NCBI GenBank assembly: GCA_964650515.1
Contig: CAZYUB010000001.1
Coordinates: 132,640 to 196,639, forward strand
From: an uncultured Planctomycetia bacterium
GTDB lineage: Bacteria; Omnitrophota; Gorgyraeia; Pluralincolimonadales; Pluralincolimonadaceae
Direction of reading: 5' to 3'
DNA length: 64,000 nt
This document shows, piece by piece, positions 9,301-17,067 of the stretch (position 1 is the stretch's first letter; the number at the start of each line of letters is the position of its first letter). The notes under the pieces are model-generated. The model was given only the letters and a program-made list of their open reading frames with translations. It did not search any database and was not told where the DNA came from. The translations under genes were made by a program, and so were the position numbers.

Positions 9301-10557
9301 ATGAACAGGATGAAAGCCCCGATAATTTTATTGGCGGCAGCGTTATTCTCCGGTTTCCTTGCGGCGGACGCGTATGGCGCCGGAAAGGACGGCCCGCTGC
9401 CGGTTATATTGACCCTGCAGGGAAAGATAAACTCTTCGTTCGCCAAAATGGACGCCGAAGTCGCGGCGGCGGCCAAAGAATTGGCAAAGACCGGCATAAA
9501 AGGCGACGAGGCGAGGAAGATAATACGCAAGTTAGCGAAATCCAACCGTTACTGCGTCGACTGTTCGACGGTAGACATGAAAGGCAACATGGTCATCGTC
9601 GAGCCCGAGGAGTACAAAAAATACGAGGGCACGAATATTATCGGGCAGGACCAGGTAGCCCTTCTGCGCAGGACAAAGCGCCCGGTACTCGGGGATGTAT
9701 TCATGTCGGTCGAGGGCTTTTATGCCACGGCGCTCGAGCATCCGGTATTTTCCGATAAGGGCGAGATGATCGGCTCGATCAGTTTACTCTTCAGGCCGGA
9801 ATATTTTTTCAAGTCGGTGGTCGAAGCCGAGGTAAAGGGGCTTCCGGTCCACGTATGGGTGATGCAGAAAGACGGCAGGGACATCTATGACGACGACCCG
9901 AAACAGATCGGCAAGAACATACTCACCGACCCGATGTATAAGCCGTTCCCGACCGTGGTGAATTTCGCGAAAAAGATCGCCGCGGACCAGACCGGCTCGG
10001 GCTCGTATGATTTCTACGATATAGGGACGAAGGAAGTGATAAAGAAGGACGCGGTCTGGACGACGGTCGGACTCTACGGCGTGCAATGGCGCCTCGTGGT
10101 CACGAAGAAAGAAGCGCTCCCGTCGGGCAACGCGGAACAGGACGCTTCGGCGAAGAGCGCGACGCAGGCGGCGGCAAGCATGCTGCAGGGGATATACGAC
10201 AAGCATAAGAAGGGCGAGTTCACGCTCGAGCAGGCAAAGAAGCTCGGCGCCGACCTGCTCAGGCAGCTGCGCTACGGCGACGGCGGCAAAGAGTATTTCT
10301 GGGCCGATACGCCCGAAGGCCTGAACATCGTGCACGCGACAGACCCCGGGCTTGAAGGAAAGAACCGCTACGACGCGAACATAAACGGCGTTTATTATAT
10401 CCGCGAGCTTATCGCCAACGGGAAGAAGCCGGGCGGCGGGTACACGGTATACTGGTTCCACAAGCCGGGCGGGAAAGTGCCGGAGAAGAAGAGGGCTTAC
10501 AGTTTACTTTTCAAGCCGTTCGGGTGGGTGATAGGCACCGGCTATTATCTGGAGTGA
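9301..10557 (+). CDS. periplasmic Cache-domain protein (C-terminal sCache_2-like) without transmembrane or output domain
   Basis: Signal peptide. C-terminal EYFWAD..IVHATDPGLEGKNRYD..GGGYTVYWFHKPGG matches a Cache_2 signature. Confidence 0.65.
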   Translation: MNRMKAPIILLAAALFSGFLAADAYGAGKDGPLPVILTLQGKINSSFAKMDAEVAAAAKELAKTGIKGDEARKIIRKLAKSNRYCVDCSTVDMKGNMVIVEPEEYKKYEGTNIIGQDQVALLRRTKRPVLGDVFMSVEGFYATALEHPVFSDKGEMIGSISLLFRPEYFFKSVVEAEVKGLPVHVWVMQKDGRDIYDDDPKQIGKNILTDPMYKPFPTVVNFAKKIAADQTGSGSYDFYDIGTKEVIKKDAVWTTVGLYGVQWRLVVTKKEALPSGNAEQDASAKSATQAAASMLQGIYDKHKKGEFTLEQAKKLGADLLRQLRYGDGGKEYFWADTPEGLNIVHATDPGLEGKNRYDANINGVYYIRELIANGKKPGGGYTVYWFHKPGGKVPEKKRAYSLLFKPFGWVIGTGYYLE

Positions 10558-10584
10558 AAAAAGTTTTTATGGTAAAATCCTGAC

Positions 10585-10908
10585 ATGACATTCAAAGAAC
10601 TGATGGAAGAGGTTAGGGCTGTCGATTTTGATACCGTAAGGGTGGACAGTTATTACTATTTCGAGGCCGTTGTGCTCCGGGACAGGATCCCGCTGCTGAA
10701 GGAGAAGCTCGGGAAGGTCTTCGGCGAGCCGGTCTGCCCTTCGAAGAAGAAGCTCGGCGCCGACATACGGCAGGCGATAGAGGATTTCGGCGGGATACGC
10801 GACGACCAGGTCCTGTATTTCCTGAAGGACAAGGAGTTCTCGTACTTCGCTATGCTCTGGCCGTGGACCGACGAATACCATATAACCGTAAAGGTAGGGA
10901 GAAAATGA
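10585..10908 (+). CDS. hypothetical protein
   Basis: 107 aa ORF in the same orientation as the operon. No recognisable motif. Confidence 0.4.
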   Translation: MTFKELMEEVRAVDFDTVRVDSYYYFEAVVLRDRIPLLKEKLGKVFGEPVCPSKKKLGADIRQAIEDFGGIRDDQVLYFLKDKEFSYFAMLWPWTDEYHITVKVGRK

Positions 10909-11276
10909 GGATACTTCCGCTGCTTCTCGCGATGGCCGCGTTGTCCTGCGCGCCGTTTTGCCGCGCCGACGGCATCGGTACGCTGATGCAGGTCGGCAGC
11001 AGCATGGACGACGCGGAGAAGACGCTCGCGAAGGAGACCGCGCAATACGAAAAGGTCAAAGCGGGCTTCGACGGCGGCGAGATAAAGAAAGGGCTGCCCA
11101 AGGACGCGGTCATGAAGAAATATGGGACTCCGCAGGTCGCGTTCAAGGATTCGCTGACAAAGAGGGACAAATGGGTCTACAAGCCCGGTTCGTCGAATTA
11201 CTTTGAGGGCGAGAAGATCTACATCTTCTTTGACGGCCAGGGCCTTATCGACGAGGCGCAGCTGGTAAAAAAGTGA
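10905..11276 (+). CDS. secreted hypothetical protein
   Basis: Signal peptide (LLLAMAALSCAPFCRA). ATGA overlap with the upstream ORF. Confidence 0.5.
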   Translation: MRILPLLLAMAALSCAPFCRADGIGTLMQVGSSMDDAEKTLAKETAQYEKVKAGFDGGEIKKGLPKDAVMKKYGTPQVAFKDSLTKRDKWVYKPGSSNYFEGEKIYIFFDGQGLIDEAQLVKK

Positions 11277-11283
11277 GGCACCT

Positions 11284-11736
11284 ATGATACTCGACAAACT
11301 GGTCAACGCGGAAAGGTATTACAACCTGCATGCCGGTTTCAAGAACGCGTTCGAGTTCCTTTCCAGGCATGATATCGCCGACCTTCCCGACGCGAGATAC
11401 GAGATAGACGGCAAGCGCATCTACGCGACGGTATTCGAGGGCCAGGGGAAGGGCCGCAAGGCCTCGAAGCTCGAGGCCCACAACAAATACATAGACATAC
11501 ATTACGCGATCTCGGGTTTCGACGAGATCGGATGGAACCCCGTCCAGGAATGCTCCGTGAAAGACGGCGGATATGACGGGAAAAAAGATTTCCAGCTCTA
11601 CTCCGACGTCCCGAAGATATGGATACCGCACGCCCCGGGGACGTTCATCGTCTTCTTCCCGGAAGACGCCCACGCCCCTATAACCGTCGCGAAGGACCTG
11701 CATAAGGTCGTGGTAAAGGTGGCGGTCAAGTGGTAA
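11284..11736 (+). CDS. YhcH/YjgK/YiaL (DUF386) family protein
   Basis: 150 aa. Family-typical segments ...IDIHYA.SG.D..GW.. and PGTFIVFFPEDAHAP. Confidence 0.75.
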   Translation: MILDKLVNAERYYNLHAGFKNAFEFLSRHDIADLPDARYEIDGKRIYATVFEGQGKGRKASKLEAHNKYIDIHYAISGFDEIGWNPVQECSVKDGGYDGKKDFQLYSDVPKIWIPHAPGTFIVFFPEDAHAPITVAKDLHKVVVKVAVKW

Positions 11737-12158
11737 AGGCCTTCGCCGCGGCGTTTATTGCGGCCGTTTCCGTCTTTTTTCCTGCTTGCGGCGCCTTCGG
11801 GGACCTTGAGGAGGGGCTTACAGCGAAAAAGACGCTGCGCCCCGACGGGACCGTGCAGAAAGTCGAAGTGACTGACCGCGGCGGAAGGAAGGTATACGAG
11901 GCGTTCTACGGCCCTGACGGGAAACTCGCCTTGGACCCGGTGGATAACTGGGCCGCGAAGAAATGGGTATACGACGGCGCGAATCTCGTAAAAGAGAAGG
12001 TATACGGCGACGACGGCCGCGTCAAGGAGACGAAAGAATTCAACCATTCAGGCGACCTCATAGGGAAAAAATATTTCGGAGGCGAAGATAAGATCGATGA
12101 ATATGAAGAATACGGCACCCAGATCTTCCCGTACGGCACGGTCGAGATGTATGAGTAA
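11730..12158 (+). CDS. hypothetical lipoprotein
   Basis: Lipobox-like FFPAC. GTG start overlaps the upstream stop. Confidence 0.45.
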   Translation: MVKAFAAAFIAAVSVFFPACGAFGDLEEGLTAKKTLRPDGTVQKVEVTDRGGRKVYEAFYGPDGKLALDPVDNWAAKKWVYDGANLVKEKVYGDDGRVKETKEFNHSGDLIGKKYFGGEDKIDEYEEYGTQIFPYGTVEMYE

Positions 12159-12483
12159 AACAGCCGTTTTTCTCACGACTGTTTTAATCGTGGTAACGGC
12201 CGTCGCGCCGAATGCGCCCGCCGCGGAGATAAAGACAGTGAGCGGGCAGTTGGTCGACATAGACTGGGCCGGCGCTAAGATAGTCGTCAGTTGGCTCAGC
12301 CAGGACGACAACACGTTCCATGACGTCGCGATAAATGTGCCGGACAGCGCGAAGATCAGGCGCGGCGCGAATGAGATAAACTTTTCCGAGCTCGAGACGC
12401 CTTCCGACGTTACGGTAAAATATTCCGAAGACACCTACGGGAATGCGGAGCTCATAACCCTCAGCGTGACGAATCCCTACTGA
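12151..12483 (+). CDS. small secreted hypothetical protein
   Basis: Signal peptide ending APNAPAA. ATG 12151 is in frame with the 12097 ORF and overlaps the upstream stop. Confidence 0.45.
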   Translation: MSKTAVFLTTVLIVVTAVAPNAPAAEIKTVSGQLVDIDWAGAKIVVSWLSQDDNTFHDVAINVPDSAKIRRGANEINFSELETPSDVTVKYSEDTYGNAELITLSVTNPY

Positions 12484-12494
12484 ACGGAGATAAT

Positions 12495-12899
12495 GTGCGT
12501 AAATACTTTCTCGCGGCAGCCGCAGCTGCCCTAACCCTGGCCGTAATAGCGGGCTGCGCGCAGGGCGGCTCGAGAGAAGCCAAGAAGATCATCGAAAAGG
12601 ACTCGGGCAAGACCATCGAGATGAGGGTCGGGGGCAGCATACTCGTAGAGCTCCCCGGGAACCCGTCGACCGGTTATATGTGGGAAGTGTCATCGATGGA
12701 CCGCTTGGTCCTGCAGAAGATAGGTGACCATAAGTTCTCCACGAATTCGAACGTCATCGGCGCGCCCGGGAAAGTATCGATGCGGTTCAGGGTCATCGGG
12801 CCGGGCAGGACGAATCTGGCCCTCGCCTACCGCAGGCCGTGGGAAAAGAACGTGCCTCCGGCGAAGGCCTTCTCCGTGGATGTCATAGCGGTGAAATAA
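12495..12899 (+). CDS. chagasin-family (I42) peptidase inhibitor lipoprotein
   Basis: Lipoprotein signal (AGC). NPSTGYMWEV matches the NPTTG[YF]xW chagasin motif. Confidence 0.7.
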   Translation: MRKYFLAAAAAALTLAVIAGCAQGGSREAKKIIEKDSGKTIEMRVGGSILVELPGNPSTGYMWEVSSMDRLVLQKIGDHKFSTNSNVIGAPGKVSMRFRVIGPGRTNLALAYRRPWEKNVPPAKAFSVDVIAVK

Positions 12900-12900
12900 G

Positions 12901-13779
12901 ATGCCGGCGCCCGTGCTGACCGTGACACTGAATCCCGCGGTAGACAGGACCGTCGACGGCCCGCGCGTCAAGCTGAGTGCCGGCGGCAAGGGCATAAATG
13001 TCTCCCGCGCGCTGAAGGCGCTCGGCGTGGAAAGCGTGGTTACGGGATTCGCCGGCGGTAAGACGGGAGATTTCATAAGGTCCGCGCTGAAGGAAGAGCG
13101 CATAAGCGGGCGTTTGGTCCGTATCCGCGGCGCATCGAGGCAGAACCTCACCGTGATCGGCAGGGGCGGCAAGATAACGCGCCGTATCGAAAAGGGCCCT
13201 GCTGTCTCTACGGAGGAATTCAGGAAATTTAAAAAAGTATTCGAGAAGCTCCTGCGCGGCCGGCGTTATGTGGTATTTTCCGGCGCCAACGCGAACGGCC
13301 TAAAGGACTCGGCTTACGCGGAACTCATAAGGATAGCGAAAAAGAACGGCGTAATGACCGCCCTCGATACGAGGGACGCCGCGCTTAAAGAAGGCCTTAA
13401 GGCAAAACCGGATATCGTGAAACCGAATATCAAGGAAGCGCGGTATATTTGCGGGAAAGCCCCGCTGGAATGTTTGCGCGATAAAGGGGCGCGGACGGTC
13501 CTGTTGACGATGGGCAAGGCAGGCGCCGCGGCTACGGACGGCAGGGATACGGCCATCGCGCGCCCGCCTAAAGTGAGGGCGGTAAATGATGTCGGCTGCG
13601 GTGACGCGTTCCTCGCGGGTTTCATCGCTTACAGGTTGAAGGGAAAGGATTTTAAAGAGTCGGTCCGGGCGGCAACTGCCGCAGGCGCCGCGAATGCTGC
13701 GGCGAAAGCCGCATGCGTCGTCCCGGGTTCGTTTAAAAGGCAGGATTTCCTGGAGATCCTCAGGCGGACGGATGTATAA
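12901..13779 (+). CDS. PfkB-family sugar kinase (1-phosphofructokinase/tagatose-6-phosphate kinase-like)
   Basis: C-terminal DVGCGDAF and an N-terminal GG(K)G.N motif. Confidence 0.8.
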   Translation: MPAPVLTVTLNPAVDRTVDGPRVKLSAGGKGINVSRALKALGVESVVTGFAGGKTGDFIRSALKEERISGRLVRIRGASRQNLTVIGRGGKITRRIEKGPAVSTEEFRKFKKVFEKLLRGRRYVVFSGANANGLKDSAYAELIRIAKKNGVMTALDTRDAALKEGLKAKPDIVKPNIKEARYICGKAPLECLRDKGARTVLLTMGKAGAAATDGRDTAIARPPKVRAVNDVGCGDAFLAGFIAYRLKGKDFKESVRAATAAGAANAAAKAACVVPGSFKRQDFLEILRRTDV

Positions 13780-15370
13780 GATAAAAGAAAGTGATATAAT
13801 AGAGACTTTCGTAAGGTCCGGCGGCCACGGCGGGCAGAACGTGAACAAGGTCTCGACCTGCGTGCACCTTAAGCATATCCCGACGGGCATAGAGGTGAGA
13901 TGCTCGCGGGAACGTTCGCAGGCCGCGAACCGCATGATAGCGCGGCACATACTCGCGATGAAGGTCGAGGAGAAGCTGCTCGGCCGGCAGTCGGAGATAC
14001 GGCAGAGGATAGAAAAGATACGCAGGCAAAAACGTAAACGCTCAAAGAGGGCTAAAGAGAAGATGCTAGCCGACAAAAAAATGCATTCGGAGAAGAAGTC
14101 CTTGCGCAGGAAGGTCACGGCTTTATCGGTTGTGTTATTGTTGTCCGTGCAGTCGGCCGCCTTCGCCATCAACTGGCGCGCGAACCTGCAGGATGCGATC
14201 AAGACGGCAAAGGACGGCAACAAGCCGGTCATGGTGGATTTCTATACCGACTGGTGCGGCTGGTGCAAGAAACTCGACAGCGAGACGTATTCTAATCCCA
14301 AGGTCTCTAAACTGGCGGAAAAATTCGTCTGCGTGAAGGTAAACGCAGAAAGGGAGCCGGCGCTCGCGGCAAAGTACCAGGTCACGGGATACCCGACGAT
14401 ACTCTTCCTCGACGGCAGCGGGAAGTCCCTGGCAAGGATACCCGGCTACCTGCCTCCCGACCGCCTGTATAGCGAGATGAACAAGGTTTTGCTGACGATG
14501 CCCCAGGTAGAGGACAAGGCGGGCGAGGGCAAGGGCGGCGGTTTCATAGTCCTTGATGACGGGCCCAAACTGGACAAGGACGGCAAGCCGGTCCCGCCGA
14601 AAACGGTAAAGCAGGATTTTGTGTATAACGGGTTCGTCGAAGCCAAAGGCGACGAACTAATGGTCCAGATAAATTACAAGGGAGAGACGTATTACGTGAC
14701 CGAGGGCGAATCGTTTGGCGGCTTTACGGTCAAGTCGGCGAACAAGGATAAAGTGGTCCTCTCCGGCCCCGGCGGCGCGGAGACCGTGCTGGAATTCAGG
14801 AAACCCGTAAAATCCGGCGAAGCGCTCGGTGCGATTAAAGACATGTTCGTCGAAATATCGCCGTCCGACGAACCGGTCGAATACGACACCACGGCGTCAG
14901 CTCCCGACATGATGGCAGGCAGGGCGAGGACGATCGTCTCGCTGCTTCCTATTGTAATATTCCTGCCGATCATGCTCGTCTTTTATGTTTATTATTCCCT
15001 CTGCCTGCAGTTCATCGCGCAGAAGACGAAGGCGGATAATATATGGCTCGCGTGGATCCCGGTAATAAACGTCTTCCTGCTGCTTAACATAGCGAAGATG
15101 AAATACAGGACATTCCTGTTCCCGGTGTTTGCGCTCATCGCGCTGACCGCGCTGCCGTTATTCGGGGCGTTCACGCCCCTGATCGGGCTGGTCCTGACGC
15201 TTGTCATGATGCTGACCGCGATCTATTTCATATTCCTTATGGTCTTCGTCTGGTACAGGATATCCGTGGAAAGGGGCAAATCGACGGGGCTGTCGGTCGT
15301 GCTCGCGATACTTATGTTCATATCCCCGCTGAACCTTTTTGCGCTCGGATACCTGGCTTTCTCTAAATAG
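13772..15370 (+). CDS. arfB: ArfB-like peptidyl-tRNA hydrolase (GGQ) reading frame continuing without a stop into a signal-peptide / thioredoxin-like (WCGWC) / multi-TM protein; the second protein may start at ATG 14086
   Basis: GGHGGQNVNKVST and a basic tail typical of ArfB (about 105 aa). Then MHSEKKSLRRKVTALSVVLLLSVQSAAFA resembles a signal peptide, followed by a thioredoxin fold (DWCGWCKK) and a C-terminal polytopic membrane domain. There is no in-frame stop between them; an A7 run sits at the junction. Confidence 0.6.
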   Translation: MYKIKESDIIETFVRSGGHGGQNVNKVSTCVHLKHIPTGIEVRCSRERSQAANRMIARHILAMKVEEKLLGRQSEIRQRIEKIRRQKRKRSKRAKEKMLADKKMHSEKKSLRRKVTALSVVLLLSVQSAAFAINWRANLQDAIKTAKDGNKPVMVDFYTDWCGWCKKLDSETYSNPKVSKLAEKFVCVKVNAEREPALAAKYQVTGYPTILFLDGSGKSLARIPGYLPPDRLYSEMNKVLLTMPQVEDKAGEGKGGGFIVLDDGPKLDKDGKPVPPKTVKQDFVYNGFVEAKGDELMVQINYKGETYYVTEGESFGGFTVKSANKDKVVLSGPGGAETVLEFRKPVKSGEALGAIKDMFVEISPSDEPVEYDTTASAPDMMAGRARTIVSLLPIVIFLPIMLVFYVYYSLCLQFIAQKTKADNIWLAWIPVINVFLLLNIAKMKYRTFLFPVFALIALTALPLFGAFTPLIGLVLTLVMMLTAIYFIFLMVFVWYRISVERGKSTGLSVVLAILMFISPLNLFALGYLAFSK

Positions 15371-15379
15371 GGGAGCGGC

Positions 15380-16513
15380 ATGTTCTGGAAAAGATTCTTT
15401 ATAGTAATAGGCATACTGGTCATACTGGCTTTTCTCGCGCAGCTTTTGATCGCGCCGCGACTGAAAGACCTGCTGACCAAGGCGATCAGGGACTCGCTCG
15501 GCATCGAGGTCTCCGTCGGGGACTGCGAGCTCAGCATGCTGAAGAGGAAGATCGTCCTTTCCGATGTGGCGATAATGAACCCCGAGAAGAAGGACGACTA
15601 CCTGCTGAAGGCGAGGCAGATAAGCGCGGACTTCTATTTCCTCCCGATATTGTTCAACAGGCAGATATTGAGGGTCGTGTCCCTTACGGACCCGGAAGTA
15701 ATACTCTACCTCGACGAATCCGGCAAGTTCAGGATACCCGAGATAAAGCGGGACACGAAAAAGGTGCCGGGCAGGGGAACGGGCGAGCTCCTGTTCAAGA
15801 AACTCGAGGTCAAGAACGGCAACTTCAAGTTTATAGACCAGAAGGTCTCAAAGCCGGCGACCATAACGCAGGTCTCGAACATAAACGGCAAGGTCGTAAA
15901 CTCGATATCGCTCTCCGACAGGACGGTGATAACCAACGTGAACGTCAAAGGAGCCATAGAGGGGCAGGGGACGTTCTCGGTGGACGGCAAGGGCGCGTTC
16001 CTGCAGAAGCCGCCCAGCTTCGACGGCACCGTGAAGTTGAGCAAGGTCCCCCTGCAGAAGTTCTCGCCTTATTACGGCAGCAACCTTTCGGTCAAGGTCA
16101 ACAGGGGCGACCTTTACCTTGATACCGCGGCGCTTTGCGAAAAGGGCCTGTTGAACGTCAAGAGCGAGGTCAAGATAGAGAACGTGGAGCTCGAGCCCGT
16201 CGGGGACCCGACGCAGACCGTGCTCTTCGAGATAAAGACGAGCGACGTCATAGAGTTCCTGAAGGACGAGAACAACACGGTAAAGTTCAGCTTCGAGATA
16301 AACGGCGACCTCAGCAAGCCGGACTTCAAATGGGGCGCCGAGATGACGCGCGCGCTGCGGAATTCCATGCTGAAGGCCTTCACTGACGGCGTGATCCGGC
16401 TTTTCAGGACGCCGGAGAAGGCCGGAGAGACGATAGGCGGCCTGCTCGGCGGAGAAGCAGGCGAGGCGGCGAAGAAGATAGGCGAGAAGCTGCAGGGTAT
16501 ATTGGGAAAATAG
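15380..16513 (+). CDS. membrane-anchored AsmA-like/DUF748-like protein (hypothetical)
   Basis: N-terminal TM segment, then a beta-rich periplasmic region. Family assignment is tentative. Confidence 0.45.
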   Translation: MFWKRFFIVIGILVILAFLAQLLIAPRLKDLLTKAIRDSLGIEVSVGDCELSMLKRKIVLSDVAIMNPEKKDDYLLKARQISADFYFLPILFNRQILRVVSLTDPEVILYLDESGKFRIPEIKRDTKKVPGRGTGELLFKKLEVKNGNFKFIDQKVSKPATITQVSNINGKVVNSISLSDRTVITNVNVKGAIEGQGTFSVDGKGAFLQKPPSFDGTVKLSKVPLQKFSPYYGSNLSVKVNRGDLYLDTAALCEKGLLNVKSEVKIENVELEPVGDPTQTVLFEIKTSDVIEFLKDENNTVKFSFEINGDLSKPDFKWGAEMTRALRNSMLKAFTDGVIRLFRTPEKAGETIGGLLGGEAGEAAKKIGEKLQGILGK

Positions 16514-16515
16514 GG

Positions 16516-16544
16516 TTGACTTGCCGGCCCTAAAATTATATAAT
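16516..16544 (+). promoter_or_regulatory. sigma70-type promoter for tRNA-Phe (TTGACT-17-TATAAT)
   Basis: Exact consensus -35 and -10 hexamers with a 17 nt spacer, about 30 nt upstream of the tRNA. Confidence 0.7.
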
Positions 16545-16576
16545 AACCGAACCTTTCGTAGATCCGTAAACTTATG

Positions 16577-16651
16577 CCGAGGTAGCTCAGTTGGTAGAGC
16601 GCGGGACTGAAAATCCCGGCGTGAGCGGTTCAATTCCGCTCCTCGGCACCA
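16577..16651 (+). tRNA. tRNA-Phe (anticodon GAA)
   Basis: Acceptor GCCGAGG/CCTCGGC, anticodon loop CTGAAAA, T-loop TTCAATT, encoded CCA. Confidence 0.9.
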
Positions 16652-16683
16652 TTTCACATACAAATAAAGAGGAGGGAGCGGTC

Positions 16684-16968
16684 ATGGCAAAGCTCGTGAA
16701 GAAGGCCGGGGCGAAGAAGGTAACGTTCAAGCTTATAGCGCCCTACGCCAACAGTGTCAGTGTCGCCGGAGATTTCAACAATTGGGACGTCAACGGGGCC
16801 CCGATGAAGAAGGACTGGAAGGACGACTGGACAGCCGCCCTTAACCTTAAGCCGGGTCGTTACGAATATAAATTCTATGTCGACGGTTCATGGCAGAATG
16901 ACCCGAGCTGCGACGTTTGCGTGCCGAACGAGTTCGGAAGCACCAACTGCGTCGTCGAGGTAAAATAA
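16684..16968 (+). CDS. CBM48 / AMPK-beta-like glycogen-binding domain protein (standalone)
   Basis: 94 aa. KFYVDGSWQNDP and FKLIAP..SVSVAGDFNNW are typical of CBM48/AMPK1_CBM. ATG 16684 follows GAGGAGGG. Confidence 0.7.
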   Translation: MAKLVKKAGAKKVTFKLIAPYANSVSVAGDFNNWDVNGAPMKKDWKDDWTAALNLKPGRYEYKFYVDGSWQNDPSCDVCVPNEFGSTNCVVEVK

Positions 16969-16973
16969 GCCAA

Positions 16974-17049
16974 GCTGGCGTAGCTCAGTTGGTAGAGCAG
17001 CGGTTTCGTAAATCGCGGGTCGGAGGTTCAATCCCTCTCGCCAGCTCCA
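16974..17049 (+). tRNA. tRNA-Thr (anticodon CGT)
   Basis: Acceptor GCTGGCG/CGCCAGC, anticodon loop TTCGTAA, T-loop TTCAATC, encoded CCA. Confidence 0.85.
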
Positions 17050-17067
17050 TAAACTTCAGAGTCCAAT

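Noticed and set aside
13694-13771. Upstream extension of the ArfB ORF (MLRRKPHASSRVRLKGRISWRSSGGR)
   Set aside because: It lies inside the pfkB coding region in another frame. The ArfB homology begins at the Met encoded at 13772, which overlaps the pfkB stop.
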